Assembly (NCBI GenBank): GCA_964411375.1
Contig: CAYPKR010000001.1
Coordinates: 40,227-104,226, forward strand
Length of the DNA: 64,000 bases
Reading direction: 5' to 3'
Origin: an uncultured Candidatus Saccharibacteria bacterium
GTDB taxonomy: Bacteria; Patescibacteriota; Minisyncoccia; Phycocordibacterales; UBA12088
Shown here: positions 1 to 8,588 of the stretch, piece after piece
How the letters are laid out: each line of letters opens with the position of its first letter
How positions within the stretch are numbered: the first letter of the stretch is position 1
Position numbers and translations under genes: made by a program
The notes under the pieces: generated by a model
The model's database searches: none
What the model was told of the DNA's origin: nothing
What the model saw: the letters and a program-made list of their open reading frames with translations, nothing else

Positions 1-1591
1 GCCGCATGATGAAATATTTGTTGCCTGATTTTTTGGCACGCGCACGAAGCTCTTCAACCGATCCGATGACAACAACTTTTCCAGTAGCAGAATTTTTCCA
101 GATCGGAAGTGGTGATGCCCAGTAGCGATTGCGAGAAATTGTCCAATCAGGCGCTGACTCGACGATATGCTTGAACCGACCGCTCTTTAGATGATCCGGT
201 ACCCAATGGATTCCTTCGTTCAATTCAAGTAATCGATTTTTTACATCCTGCACATTGATGAACCATGACGGAATCGCGTTATAGATGAGCGGCGTATTAC
301 ACCGATAGCAATGCGGATATGAATGGGTTCGATTTTCGACACTGAAGAGAAAGTTTCGATCACTCAAATCTTTTTTAATGAATGCTTCGGCATCTTCACC
401 TTTCTGAACCGGACAAAAACCGCGCTGGTGCCATTTGAAATATTTCCCTTTGATCAAATCAGGTGCGTCCGTATTGAATGTGCCATTTGGATTTAGAAGT
501 TGCACCATCGGTAAATCTACTTTTTGTCCGAGTGCGAAGTCATCTTCACCGTACATAACTGCGGTATGCACAACGCCTGTTCCTTCGTCGGTCGAGACAA
601 AATCTGCCGCAACGACATAGTGCGATTTTCTTCCGCTCGATTGAATTTTTTCAATTGCAAAGAGTGGCTCGTATTCAAGACCGAGAAGATCACGTCCTGT
701 CCAATTTTCTTTTTCCTTGTATGAAATATCGCCAAGTGCAGACAGGCGCTCCTTCGCAAGAATTACCGTTTCTCCTGAATCAGAGAGAAGTGCCGACACA
801 TATGCGATATCATTTCCAACCGCAAGCGCCACGTTTCCTGGAAGTGTCCACGGGGTTGTTGTCCATGCGAGAATGAAAGTGTTTTCAGGAATATCGTTTC
901 CAGCAATTTTTTGTCCCGGTTTCAATTTGAATTTGACGACGACCGACTCTTCGGTGACATCTTCGTACGAATTGTCTTGTGCGATTTCTGCTTTAGCGAG
1001 CGGTGTTTCGTCGTGCGGACAATACATCAAAACCTTTCGTCCTTCGTACAATTTTCCTTTCTCGTAAATCTGCTTAAGTCCCCACCACACGCTTTCGATA
1101 AACGTGTTGTCCATCGTCTTGTACGAGTTGTCGAAATCAACAAAGCGCCCGACGCGATCGATGTAGTATTTCCAATCATGTACATATTCGAGCACGACTG
1201 ATCTTGCGGCTTCGTTAAATTTCTCGATTCCGATCGCTTCAATATCTTTCTTACTTTTGAGTCCGAGTTTTTTCTCGATCATGCTTTCAATCGGAAGTCC
1301 GTGGCAGTCCCATCCCCACCTGCGCTCCACATGGAAGCCCTGCATCGTTTTGTAACGTGGGATCACATCTTTGATGACCGAGGAAAGAAGACTTCCCGAA
1401 TGTGGGAGTCCGGTTGCAAATGGCGGGCCGTCATAAAAGACAAATTCGCCCTTCGGAGAGGGTTTCTCAAGAGATTTTTTGAAAATATTGTTGTCTTTCC
1501 AGAACTTTAGTATCGCCTCTTCGCGAAGCGCTGTCTCGGTTTTTTGCTGATTTTCTGGAGTTTTTCTATCGTCTTTTTTGGGTTCTGCCAT
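1..1591 (-). CDS. ileS: isoleucyl-tRNA synthetase, N-terminal part (gene runs off the window start)
   Basis: Minus-strand ATG at 1589-1591. My own translation of the reverse complement reads MAEPKKDDRKTPENQQKTETALREEAILKFWKDNNIFKKSLEKPSPKGEFVFYDGPPFATGLPHSGSLLSSVIKDVIPRYKTMQGFHVERRWGWDCHGLPIE. This matches the eukaryote-like (type 2) IleRS N-terminus (FYDGPPFATG..H.G. region). The frame stays open to position 1. It is absent from the ORF track because there is no stop inside the window. Confidence 0.75.
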   Translation of the reverse strand, partial: MAEPKKDDRKTPENQQKTETALREEAILKFWKDNNIFKKSLEKPSPKGEFVFYDGPPFATGLPHSGSLLSSVIKDVIPRYKTMQGFHVERRWGWDCHGLPIESMIEKKLGLKSKKDIEAIGIEKFNEAARSVVLEYVHDWKYYIDRVGRFVDFDNSYKTMDNTFIESVWWGLKQIYEKGKLYEGRKVLMYCPHDETPLAKAEIAQDNSYEDVTEESVVVKFKLKPGQKIAGNDIPENTFILAWTTTPWTLPGNVALAVGNDIAYVSALLSDSGETVILAKERLSALGDISYKEKENWTGRDLLGLEYEPLFAIEKIQSSGRKSHYVVAADFVSTDEGTGVVHTAVMYGEDDFALGQKVDLPMVQLLNPNGTFNTDAPDLIKGKYFKWHQRGFCPVQKGEDAEAFIKKDLSDRNFLFSVENRTHSYPHCYRCNTPLIYNAIPSWFINVQDVKNRLLELNEGIHWVPDHLKSGRFKHIVESAPDWTISRNRYWASPLPIWKNSATGKVVVIGSVEELRARAKKSGNKYFIMR

Positions 1592-1669
1592 AGGAAAATA
1601 TTACCGCGTGTTTTCCAAATATAGCATATAAAAAGCAAGCGGCGGATCCGAGGGTCCGCCGCGATATTG

Positions 1670-1936
1670 CTAGTGCCTAGCCAGTGGCTGCACCGTGATT
1701 GGTCCCTGTCTAATCATCGATGGGAGCATGAATTCTGCAATGAGTGGTCCCGATCTCACATCTACACAATACTGTTTCTGGTGAACGTGACGCCCCAAAA
1801 ATGGTCCGCCAAACTCCGGACTATAGGAAATGACTGCCATGCAGCCGAGTGCGTGTATAGCCTCAAGCGACTCACGGGCTTTGTCCAAGTCTGTCGTCCA
1901 TACAACTCCAACCTCTCGGAGCAGGGCTGCGTGCAT
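1670..1936 (-). CDS. hypothetical small protein (possibly a gene remnant) between ileS and argS
   Basis: 88-aa ORF in the 420-bp gap. No clear ribosome-binding site and no recognisable motif. Confidence 0.2.
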   Translation of the reverse strand: MHAALLREVGVVWTTDLDKARESLEAIHALGCMAVISYSPEFGGPFLGRHVHQKQYCVDVRSGPLIAEFMLPSMIRQGPITVQPLARH

Positions 1937-2008
1937 TCGGTGTCTCCAAGAAAAGAACTGCTCTTTTTTCGAGCATACCCCTGCCCTGACGGAGATACAA
2001 GGGGATAA

Positions 2009-3691
2009 TTACATTTTTTCCGACGTTTTGATGCCGAGAAGTTGGAGTCCGTTTTGCATTGTGATTTGGAACGCACGAGTTAGGGCAACTTTGTACGGCG
2101 AAGTGGAATCATCTTTGTTTACAATCTGCTCATTGGCGTACCAAGAGTTGAATGCGCCAGCGAGTTCGGTGAGATACGTCGTCAGGTAGTGTGGCTCATA
2201 TGCGGCAGCGGCCCGTTCAACTATTTCTGGGAAACGATAAAGAAGTCGCTCGAGAATAGAAATTTCCTTAGGTGATTCACCATCCACATCTTCCCCAACC
2301 CCCTCCTTTTTTGCTTTTTCAAGAACCGAAAGCGCGCGAGTGTGTGCATATTGGAGATACGGTCCCGAATCACCTTCAAGCGAAAGCGATTTCTCAGGAT
2401 CAAACACCATGTCCTTCCCTGACGATTGGCGAAGGATTGTATATTTGATCGCCGCAACCGCAACCATTTCTGCAATTTCTTCTTTATTAGAAAGTTCACG
2501 GCCTTCCATTTTCTCTCGCGCCGCCTGCTTCATATCTTCAATGAACGATTCCCCGGTTACGATATTCCCTTTTCTTGATGACATTTTGCCACCAGAGAGT
2601 TTCATAAATCCATGAGTGATATGTCGCGTCCGTTCAGCAAGTTTAGGGAATAGCTTTCGCATTGCAGAGAGAAGTACCTTGAAATATTCAGTGATTTCAT
2701 TTGCCGTTACCACAATCGAAAGGTCATAGTTCGTCTTTTCAAACTTTATCTTCGCAAGTCCAAGTTCTTTTGCTTCGTAGGTTGGAAGTCCTTGAGAATT
2801 TAAAAAGACGCGAGTATGAAGCCCTTCGTCTTCTCCTCGATACACAACCGCACCGTCACTTTTCTCGAACACACCTTTCCCCAGCCCTTCCTCGACAACG
2901 TTCTTTCCTATCGTTCCGGTTTCACTTTCAAAAAAGTATTCGTCAAACTTGGTACCGAGGATTTTATAAATTTCTTCGAATCGGTCAAGAGACGTTTGTC
3001 GTCCGATATCGTACAGAGTATTTACCTCTGCATCACTCCGTTCATAAATTATTTTATTGAGTGCATCAATTTCTTTTTTAACATTTTCGTCACTTTCATA
3101 GTGTTCATTACCAAACGCATACGCTTCTCCAATTTCTTTGATATTTTTTGGATCACTTTGTTTCTGTTGCATTCCCCAGATTGCTTTTGCAACATGCAGT
3201 CCAACATCACCTTGATAGTTGGCACGAGTAACTTCAGCGCCACTCGTTTCATAGAGTCGCGCAATTGATTCACCGATGATATTGGTCATCAAATGACCAA
3301 TATGAAATGGTTTGAATGGATTTGGGTCGGTGTATTCAACGGTGACTCGTTCTCCACTCCATGCTTTGTTTCTTCCCCATTCCTCTTTCTTCTCTAGAAT
3401 TTCTTTTGTTTCAGTAGTGAAGTGTTCCCTATTTAAATGAAAATTGATAAAGCCAGGACCAGCAACTTCAATTTTTTGAATCATCGAGTTCTCCGAAAAT
3501 GCAGCGATTATTTCTTCAGCAAGCGCGTGCGGGCTTTTCCCTGCAACTTTTGCGAGCGCGAGCGCTACATTTGATGAATAGTCGCCACGAGGAAGTTCGG
3601 CTGGATGTTCGAGAGGAATTGAATCGAAATCAGCCGACCAGAGATCGCCAAGCGCTGACTTGATACCCTTCCGTATTTCATCCTGAATCAT
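2009..3691 (-). CDS. argS: arginyl-tRNA synthetase
   Basis: ORF 2009..3826. The conserved ArgRS N-terminus begins at an internal Met (MIQDEIRKGIK, ATG 3689-3691). Class I motifs FHIGHL and KMSSRKG are present, as is the ArgRS anticodon-binding C-terminal region. Confidence 0.95.
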   Translation of the reverse strand: MIQDEIRKGIKSALGDLWSADFDSIPLEHPAELPRGDYSSNVALALAKVAGKSPHALAEEIIAAFSENSMIQKIEVAGPGFINFHLNREHFTTETKEILEKKEEWGRNKAWSGERVTVEYTDPNPFKPFHIGHLMTNIIGESIARLYETSGAEVTRANYQGDVGLHVAKAIWGMQQKQSDPKNIKEIGEAYAFGNEHYESDENVKKEIDALNKIIYERSDAEVNTLYDIGRQTSLDRFEEIYKILGTKFDEYFFESETGTIGKNVVEEGLGKGVFEKSDGAVVYRGEDEGLHTRVFLNSQGLPTYEAKELGLAKIKFEKTNYDLSIVVTANEITEYFKVLLSAMRKLFPKLAERTRHITHGFMKLSGGKMSSRKGNIVTGESFIEDMKQAAREKMEGRELSNKEEIAEMVAVAAIKYTILRQSSGKDMVFDPEKSLSLEGDSGPYLQYAHTRALSVLEKAKKEGVGEDVDGESPKEISILERLLYRFPEIVERAAAAYEPHYLTTYLTELAGAFNSWYANEQIVNKDDSTSPYKVALTRAFQITMQNGLQLLGIKTSEKM

Positions 3692-3885
3692 ACGAGCAGT
3701 ATACGGATAAACTGCTTTTTTGACAGTGTTGCATAGTGGGGTCAAGGGCAGTACAGTTTCTTTTAGGACATGGCAAGCGGAGATGTGCCGTGCGCGTATT
3801 CTCCTTAGCACTACTCGCGATCCCAACCGTGTTTAACCCAAAGGGGTCCACACGCGAGAATCTCCCCGTCTATCCTCCACATTAT

Positions 3886-4185
3886 TTGAAATTAGTGTGT
3901 GAGAATCCTGATAACTTCAGGACGGCGGTAGACAAATTTACCACAGAGGCAAAGAGGGGGGTTATTCTAGACATTGTTGACAACACACCGTCGGAGGGCT
4001 GTGTATTGCTTTCAAAAGCCGAATACGATGTTGATGGAAACCCCTTGAGAGATCCTGGGTTCAAGTTTACCTTGAAATTTGAAAAGGATGGGTCAGAGAT
4101 TATTTTCGAAACCGTTCCCGTCCTCATGCGTAAGCTATCGCCCGGATTTCTGCTCACCGTCATCTACGTTCAAGGCTCATCATGA
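3886..4185 (+). CDS. hypothetical small ORF (non-ATG start) followed by a GC-hairpin repeat
   Basis: Open frame 3736..4185 overlaps the argS 5-prime end. The only non-overlapping starts are TTG 3886 or GTG 3895. Stop TGA at 4183-4185 lies 14 nt before hairpin repeat copy 1. Coding status is uncertain. Confidence 0.25.
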   Translation: MKLVCENPDNFRTAVDKFTTEAKRGVILDIVDNTPSEGCVLLSKAEYDVDGNPLRDPGFKFTLKFEKDGSEIIFETVPVLMRKLSPGFLLTVIYVQGSS

Positions 4186-4198
4186 AGAACTCCGAGCT

Positions 4199-4230
4199 CC
4201 CGCGGTGCAAGCCGCGGGTATCCTTTTGTC
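4199..4230 (+). repeat. GC-rich hairpin repeat copy 1 (CCCGCGG-TGCAAG-CCGCGGG, then TATCCTTTTGTC); terminator-like
   Basis: Perfect 7-bp GC stem with a 6-nt loop in an AT-richer background. About 85 percent identical over roughly 36 nt to the copy at 4672-4708. Confidence 0.7.
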
Positions 4231-4293
4231 AGAAGTTGCTGACCGTGATCGGATGACGTAGAGTGCCGGTAGAGACCGTTGGGAGAATGTGTC

Positions 4294-4950
4294 GTGAAGC
4301 AACTGATGCTACTCGTTGGTGTCGCCTTGTTGATCGGCGGTTGTGCAGGAATGGAAACTCGTGATCCCCGACCCCTCATTCAACCGTTGGCAGAGCAAAA
4401 ATCGGAGATGATCACCATTTGTGATTCAAGGATGTCGATCATTGCAGCGGTTATCGACAAGAAAAAATCCGCGAATCCTGACCTTTCCGGCGGAGATTGT
4501 CGCGAGTATCTTCGGACACTGATCACCAACAAGAAATTTGATGCCTCAATCGGTATTCTCATTCCTAGCGAGCAGACAATAATGAGTGTCATCATTGGGA
4601 AAGTAACTCTCTCCGATGGAAAAGTTGGGTACGTACTTGCTTCGCTCGAGTTTTACATACCGAACCCCACCCGAAGTCCCGCGGCGCAAGCCGCGGGCAT
4701 TTTTTATACACCTGACTTAGACGAACTTCTCCGGAATTGGAAATTTCTTGCAGAGTTTTTGAATTTCTTTGTGAATTTCTGCTTTCTTCTTTTTGTTATC
4801 TTTATTTCGAAGCGTTTCAATTATAAGTTCTGCAATCCTGGCAGACTCTTTTTCTTTCATCCCGCGAGTGGTGATCGCTGGAGTCCCAAAACGAATGCCG
4901 GATGGATCCATAGGACCTCTCGGATCATCGGCAATTGCATTTTTATTTAG
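4294..4950 (+). CDS. putative lipoprotein; C-terminal extent uncertain (no in-frame stop before 4950)
   Basis: GTG 4294 preceded by GGGAGA. N-terminus VKQLMLLVGVALLIGGCAG is a lipoprotein signal with lipobox LIGGC. The frame reads through hairpin repeat copy 2 and runs antisense across the last 78 codons of glyA. The true end is probably near 4700. Confidence 0.4.
   Translation: MKQLMLLVGVALLIGGCAGMETRDPRPLIQPLAEQKSEMITICDSRMSIIAAVIDKKKSANPDLSGGDCREYLRTLITNKKFDASIGILIPSEQTIMSVIIGKVTLSDGKVGYVLASLEFYIPNPTRSPAAQAAGIFYTPDLDELLRNWKFLAEFLNFFVNFCFLLFVIFISKRFNYKFCNPGRLFFFHPASGDRWSPKTNAGWIHRTSRIIGNCIFI
4672..4708 (+). repeat. GC-rich hairpin repeat copy 2 (CCCGCGG-CGCAAG-CCGCGGG, then CATTTTTTATA); bidirectional terminator-like, 9 nt from the glyA stop
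   Basis: Stem 4678-4684 pairs with 4691-4697. T-run at 4700-4706. The glyA stop codon is at 4717-4719. Confidence 0.7.
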
Positions 4951-5991
4951 AGTAATACCAACTTCATCAAGAACATTTTGCGCATCTTTGCCGGTTACCC
5001 CAAGTGAAGAATACACGTCTGCGAGAATGAGATGATTATCGGTACCGCCCGCAAGCATTCTAATTTTTTCTCGCTTGAATACTTTTTCCATGGCTTTTGC
5101 ATTCTTCAAAATCTGTCTGGCGTACGTTTTGAATGAAGGTTTGAGCGCTTCACCAAAACACACTGCTTTTGCGGCAATCACGTTCATATGTGGACCTCCT
5201 TGAAGGCCAGGGAAAATTGCCTTATCAATCTTCTTTGCATACTCCGCATTTTCACGAACTAAGATCATTCCACCTCGTGGACCGCGAAGCGTCTTATGGG
5301 TCGTAGTCGTAATAATGTCGAATCCGTAGTCGAATGGATTTTTGACGGCTTTCCCTGCAATGAGTCCGGCAATGTGTGCCATGTCAGCAACGGTGATCGC
5401 ACCAACTTCCTTGGCAATCGCAACGAATTTTTTGTAATCGAGTTCGCGGGGATACGCAGAAAATCCGGCCAAGATAATTTTTGGTTTTTCTCGCTTCGCA
5501 ACGCGACGAAGTTCTTCATAGTCAATTTCTCCAGTATCAACATTTTTCATCTTGTAGGTAACAAAACGAAAAATCTTCGCAGGGAATGTCATCGGATGTC
5601 CATGCGTCAAATGCCCTCCATGTGAGAGATCCATGCCGAGTACTGTGTCTCCGGGATTAAGGAGTGCGGCGTACATTGCGAGATTTGCCGGAGCGCCGGA
5701 GAGTGGCTGAACGTTTGCAAATTTTGCATTAAATAATTTTTTGGCACGCTCTATTGCGAGTGTTTCAACCGCATCAGTAAATTCCTGTCCGCCATAGTAG
5801 CGATTGCCCGGATATCCTTCCGAATATTTATTGGTCATTGCGGAGCCCAATGCTTCGCGAACCGCATATGACACATAATTTTCAGATGGAATGAGTTCTA
5901 CCCCGTCTGCCTGTCGCTTCTCTTCGCCAATCAGTGCAGAGAAAACTTGTTTGTCTTGTTTTCCAACAAATGAATATTGTTTCTGATTCAT
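4717..5991 (-). CDS. glyA: serine hydroxymethyltransferase
   Basis: 424 aa. Reads ELIPSENYVSYAVREALGSAMTNKYSEGYPGNRYYGG, with a PLP-lysine region (TTTTHKTLRGPRGG). Full-length SHMT. Confidence 0.97.
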   Translation of the reverse strand: MNQKQYSFVGKQDKQVFSALIGEEKRQADGVELIPSENYVSYAVREALGSAMTNKYSEGYPGNRYYGGQEFTDAVETLAIERAKKLFNAKFANVQPLSGAPANLAMYAALLNPGDTVLGMDLSHGGHLTHGHPMTFPAKIFRFVTYKMKNVDTGEIDYEELRRVAKREKPKIILAGFSAYPRELDYKKFVAIAKEVGAITVADMAHIAGLIAGKAVKNPFDYGFDIITTTTHKTLRGPRGGMILVRENAEYAKKIDKAIFPGLQGGPHMNVIAAKAVCFGEALKPSFKTYARQILKNAKAMEKVFKREKIRMLAGGTDNHLILADVYSSLGVTGKDAQNVLDEVGITLNKNAIADDPRGPMDPSGIRFGTPAITTRGMKEKESARIAELIIETLRNKDNKKKKAEIHKEIQKLCKKFPIPEKFV

Positions 5992-6044
5992 GATCGATTT
6001 CTAGTGTTCGGGTAATTCAGTTGTTGACTCGTCAGATCATAGGA

Positions 6045-7007
6045 TTATCCGTGAATTTTTTTATTATATCCCCCGATTACCGTTAGGTCACCTTTGATTG
6101 TTGGATGGGGCTCATACCCTTCAAGCTTCACCATTTCAGGACGGAATGTGTCGAGTGAATCGAAATCTTCAGTAAACGAAATTCGCGGAAATGCTTTTGG
6201 AGTGCGTGAAATTTGCTCCATTGCCTGCTCTTTGTGGTTTCCATATATATGCACGTCGCCAAAGGTATGGATAAACTCTCCCGGTTCGCGACCTAAGATT
6301 TTAGCAACGACCATAGTAAGAAGCGCATAACTTGCGATGTTGAACGGCACACCAAGAAAAATATCCGCGCTGCGTTGATAGAGCTGGAGACATACTTTGC
6401 CGTGTTTAATATTGAACTGAAACATGTTGTGACAAATCGGATAGCGCGCCGCTCTTCCAGGAGCCGCCATGCCGTAGAGATACTCAGGATTCCATGCGGA
6501 AAGTACCGTGTTGTGCGCAAACGGATCATTCTTGAGTTCATTTACAATCCATCCAAGCTGGTCGACTTTTCTGCCGTCAGATGCTGGCCACCGTCTCCAA
6601 AGTTCACCATAAATTTGTGGAAGCTCTCCGTGGAGTTTGGCAAATTCAGCATCTTCTTTTATTTTTTCAATAAATGCTTCCTGCGAAAGTTCGGGAACCT
6701 CTCCCTTCTCCATTTTTTCTTTGTAGTAGCGATATGGATATGCGTCCCAAATATGAACATCTCGGTCAACCAGATATTTGATATTGGTCTGCCCTGAAAG
6801 AAACCAATAGAGTTCTTCGATTACTCCCTTCCAGTAGACGCGCTTTGTCGTGAGAAGCGGAAATCCTTCGGACAAATCAAAGCGCATTTGTCTCCCAAAC
6901 AAACTGTACGTGTGTGCGCCAACTCCAGCATCAACCTGCTCTTCCCCTTTATCGAGGATTTCGCGAATGATGTCGAGATATTGTTCTTCAGGGTGGCGCG
7001 CGTTCAT
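6045..7007 (-). CDS. thyA: thymidylate synthase (ThyA type)
   Basis: The conserved N-terminus starts at an internal Met (MNARHPEEQYLDIIREIL, ATG 7005-7007). Active-site region PICHNMFQFNIKHGKVCLQLYQRSADIFLGVPFNIASYALL. Confidence 0.93.
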   Translation of the reverse strand: MNARHPEEQYLDIIREILDKGEEQVDAGVGAHTYSLFGRQMRFDLSEGFPLLTTKRVYWKGVIEELYWFLSGQTNIKYLVDRDVHIWDAYPYRYYKEKMEKGEVPELSQEAFIEKIKEDAEFAKLHGELPQIYGELWRRWPASDGRKVDQLGWIVNELKNDPFAHNTVLSAWNPEYLYGMAAPGRAARYPICHNMFQFNIKHGKVCLQLYQRSADIFLGVPFNIASYALLTMVVAKILGREPGEFIHTFGDVHIYGNHKEQAMEQISRTPKAFPRISFTEDFDSLDTFRPEMVKLEGYEPHPTIKGDLTVIGGYNKKIHG

Positions 7008-7008
7008 A

Positions 7009-7569
7009 TTATTTTTTCTTTCCTGGTCGCTTTTTTGCGGCAACAAAATTTTTGAAATTATCTTTTGAGTAGCGACCGGTGTCTTTGTAGCTTTGACGTG
7101 GCGGAGACGTGAGGCGAGCAAATGTTAACTGCGCAATCGCCATGTTTGGACGGAGAATAATCGGCACATTATTGAGATTACAAAGCTCAAGTGCGACATT
7201 CAAAAAATGTCCGGGGTTAATCAGCGCGGCAGAATTGTGCACAAGCAGTCCGATTCGTGCGAGTGATGATTTTCCATTTACTTCGATCAGATACTCATCG
7301 CTTCCAAAAAAATCTTTCGAGTAGCCGAGGATTGAAACGCCTGGATGCAGGACGAAAATATCATCGTTACCAATTTTGATTTCTTTTGTCTTTGGAAAAA
7401 TCTTTTTAACTGGATCAATGAAGGTCGACGAGTGCGCATCGTTTACGAAAAAAGTATTACCGAGAAGAATGTCATAGCTCGCCGGCTGTAAACGTTTTTC
7501 ATCAAACGGCTTCAGTACGATTCCGCCGGCGGAAACTGCTTTTTTAATATCGACATCAGAAAGAATCAT
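7009..7569 (-). CDS. dcd: dCTP deaminase (dUTPase superfamily)
   Basis: MILSDVDIKKAVSAGGIVLKPF...QPASYDILLG, a typical Dcd N-terminus. Its stop lies 1 nt before the thyA start. Confidence 0.88.
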   Translation of the reverse strand: MILSDVDIKKAVSAGGIVLKPFDEKRLQPASYDILLGNTFFVNDAHSSTFIDPVKKIFPKTKEIKIGNDDIFVLHPGVSILGYSKDFFGSDEYLIEVNGKSSLARIGLLVHNSAALINPGHFLNVALELCNLNNVPIILRPNMAIAQLTFARLTSPPRQSYKDTGRYSKDNFKNFVAAKKRPGKKK

Positions 7570-7587
7570 AGGAAGACTGGTTATCTA

Positions 7588-8259
7588 TTATTGAACGGTA
7601 AATACTTTTTCTGTCCCGTAATAATCTGGCCAATTGTTGTTATAAAACTGAAACATTCGTTCCAATCGATCCTGCGGAAGCTCCACGACTCCCATTTCGT
7701 CCATAATGGAACGAAGATCCTTTTTGGTTTGCTCCGCCTTCGACTGATCGTCAATCATTCGCTCGAATTCCGCTAAATACCCGTAGCCTGCATTTTTATC
7801 GATACATACTGTTACGTCCTTGAACACGTATTCTTCGCGATCGCGCGACCATTTTGCTTGGTAGCGAAATCCGGCGGAAAGAATTTTTGCGTCCAACTCG
7901 TCGAGCGAGAGCGGGACTTGCTCTTCAAACTCAATACGTGCGGTACCATTTTCGCTTGTCGTATCATCGATTGTCGCTTTTATGATGAAGAGCACTCGGT
8001 GATCGCGGTCTGCGGTTCTGATTGAATACGATTTGGCGTATGAAACGATATTTTCAAGTTTTTTCTGCTGCTCTTCGTTCAAAACATTCTTGAAAACTCC
8101 CGGCAGATTAAGAATGTCGCCTTCTTCGAAGTAGTGATTTTTTTGGGATGTTTTCTTCGGCGCTACTTCAGGATCACGAAGATGTAACCTTTTCCGAAGC
8201 TCTTCCGCCTTGTACTGATCGTCAAGCAGGCTTTTTATCTCGATTTCGTAGGAATGCAT
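7588..8259 (-). CDS. CYTH-domain protein (CyaB / thiamine-triphosphatase-like)
   Basis: ORF 7588..8424. The CYTH-like N-terminus MHSYEIEIKSLL begins at an internal Met (about 8259). The upstream 55 codons have no support. Confidence 0.55.
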   Translation of the reverse strand: MHSYEIEIKSLLDDQYKAEELRKRLHLRDPEVAPKKTSQKNHYFEEGDILNLPGVFKNVLNEEQQKKLENIVSYAKSYSIRTADRDHRVLFIIKATIDDTTSENGTARIEFEEQVPLSLDELDAKILSAGFRYQAKWSRDREEYVFKDVTVCIDKNAGYGYLAEFERMIDDQSKAEQTKKDLRSIMDEMGVVELPQDRLERMFQFYNNNWPDYYGTEKVFTVQ

Positions 8260-8534
8260 TCCGGCAATTATACCCTGGGGCAGTGTCCGCAAAAAAGGAT
8301 TGCCTTCTTTCTGTTTCGTGGCGTAATCAAACCAGTTGCAGATATATAGACTTGTGATTAGATTCAAAACAGCGAGGTCAGTAATCGGACTGCTTGAGGG
8401 TGGGCAAACCTGTGTCCGACCCACGGGACTAATCGAAAGTAGGGTGCCAAGGTCCTACTGAATCCGGTGAATGGGGGTGTTCAACGAATGCGACCCTTGG
8501 TCCAACATGTTGACCCACACCTCGCCACTTTTAG

Positions 8535-8560
8535 GAAGGCCTTCGGGCCTTTTTCTTTTT
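8535..8560 (+). terminator. plus-strand intrinsic terminator-like hairpin (GGCC-TTCG-GGCC plus T-run) 29 nt upstream of folA
   Basis: GAAGGCCTTCGGGCCTTTTTCTTTTT. There is no plus-strand gene upstream. It lies at the end of a 330-bp noncoding region. Confidence 0.55.
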
Positions 8561-8588
8561 GATAGCGTGAAAATGCTACAATCCCTGT

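Noticed and set aside
6045-7121. Upstream in-frame extensions of thyA, and likewise of pilM (25778-25852), rluD (21415-21609), mscL, tsaE, polA, ruvA, argS and the CYTH gene
   Set aside because: The conserved protein N-termini begin at internal Met codons. The extensions overlap neighbouring genes or noncoding elements and have junk composition.
8260-8588. ZTP (pfl), THF, SRP, 6S or RNase P identity for the folA leader
   Set aside because: I could not align their conserved motifs by eye. Kept only as an unclassified structured leader.
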